A DNA stretch of 43,350 nt from Thermoanaerobaculia bacterium. GTDB lineage: Bacteria; Acidobacteriota; Thermoanaerobaculia; Gp7-AA8. Positions 43,081-43,350 of the stretch are shown piece after piece. The notes beneath the pieces were generated by a model. The model did no database searches. It saw nothing but the letters and a program-made list of their open reading frames with translations, and was not told where the DNA came from. The DNA is taken from assembly GCA_051953135.1 (NCBI GenBank), contig JBQCJC010000419.1:1-43350 (forward strand), written 5' to 3'. The translations under genes were made by a program, and so were the position numbers. The stretch's first letter is position 1; each line of letters starts with the position of its first letter.

Positions 43081-43350
43081 CGCCGCACACGCTGTACTGC
43101 TCGCCGGCTCCGACAAACCCTCGCGCACATTCGCACCAGGTCGTAAAACTCCACGCTCGTGACGTGAACGAACTCGCCAGCGGCCGCAAAACTCGCGACG
43201 ACGATACGCCATTGTCGTTCACATACTCCAGAGCGAGTTTCTCGCGACCACCAATTGCCATACACACGATGTGCAGCCGTTCGCCCGAAGCAGGGACTGC
43301 GATCTTTTCGCGCTCGATTCTCTCAATGAGCCCGGCTACGGCGACGGACC
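43028..43350 (-). CDS. Possible 3' part of a minus-strand gene running off the window edge (unknown function)
   Basis: My own translation of the reverse strand, in the frame of listed ORF 43028..43267, stays open to the window end. The upstream part reads ...VAVAGLIERIEREKIAVPASGERLHIVCMAIGGREKLALEYVNDNG.... The 3' 53 nt overlap the methyltransferase, and a neighbouring frame (43041..43265) also looks protein-like, so a frameshift or a different stop is possible. Confidence 0.25.
   Translation of the reverse strand, partial: SVAVAGLIERIEREKIAVPASGERLHIVCMAIGGREKLALEYVNDNGVSSSRVLRPLASSFTSRAWSFTTWCECARGFVGAGEQYSVCGVRPLRQVAWQSSRSGHS

Noticed and set aside
1-43350. Scan for tRNA/rRNA genes, CRISPR repeats, IS elements, integrases and phage genes
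   Set aside because: I noticed no T-loop-like GGTTCGAATCC, no regularly spaced direct repeats, no DDE/tyrosine-recombinase-like ORFs and no terminal inverted repeats. The large locus therefore does not look like an obvious mobile island from this window alone.

Overview
GC-rich bacterial chromosomal window with about 33 protein-coding genes. I saw no rRNA, tRNA, CRISPR array, transposase or integrase. Taxon is not determinable from the sequence; the domain repertoire suggests a soil Acidobacteria- or Myxococcota-like organism, which is inference only.

Left edge: an odd G/C homopolymer tract (14..108), a SAM-dependent methyltransferase, and an ECF sigma / putative anti-sigma pair.

Core (2237..~35465): a very large accessory-looking locus.
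- (a) Four signal-peptide-bearing caspase-fold proteases: two TPR-CHAT proteins and two peptidase C14 caspases. One caspase has FG-GAP repeats and the other a DUF4384-like tail. They sit next to the ECF sigma.
- (b) A run of genes continues from the second caspase with no intergenic gap above ~27 nt and many ATGA/TGATG overlaps. It encodes a coiled-coil lipoprotein, two secreted membrane-anchored vWA proteins, a Hanks Ser/Thr kinase, and a glycine-zipper lipoprotein.
- The run also encodes a tail-anchored Ig-like repeat protein, a Zn-ribbon + Ig-like + lidless Hsp70, a degenerate Hsp70 paralog, and a membrane-spanning GrpE-like protein.
- It ends with a Zn-ribbon beta-propeller, a small membrane protein, a 1306-aa tubulin/FtsZ-like GTPase with four C-terminal Zn ribbons, a trypsin-like serine protease, and a membrane-anchored beta-sandwich protein.
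- I consider this combination (tubulin-like GTPase + Hsp70/GrpE + vWA + kinase + caspase/CHAT/trypsin proteases) the candidate undescribed system. My hypothesis is a trans-envelope, NTPase-gated proteolytic system for conflict, programmed cell death or envelope remodelling.

Right side: a MarR-TolC-EmrB-EmrA efflux operon with a DUF2235/Tle1-like alpha/beta hydrolase appended. Then an alpha/beta hydrolase, a second methyltransferase, and a weak partial ORF at the window edge.

All domain calls come from motif recognition by eye. No searches were run.
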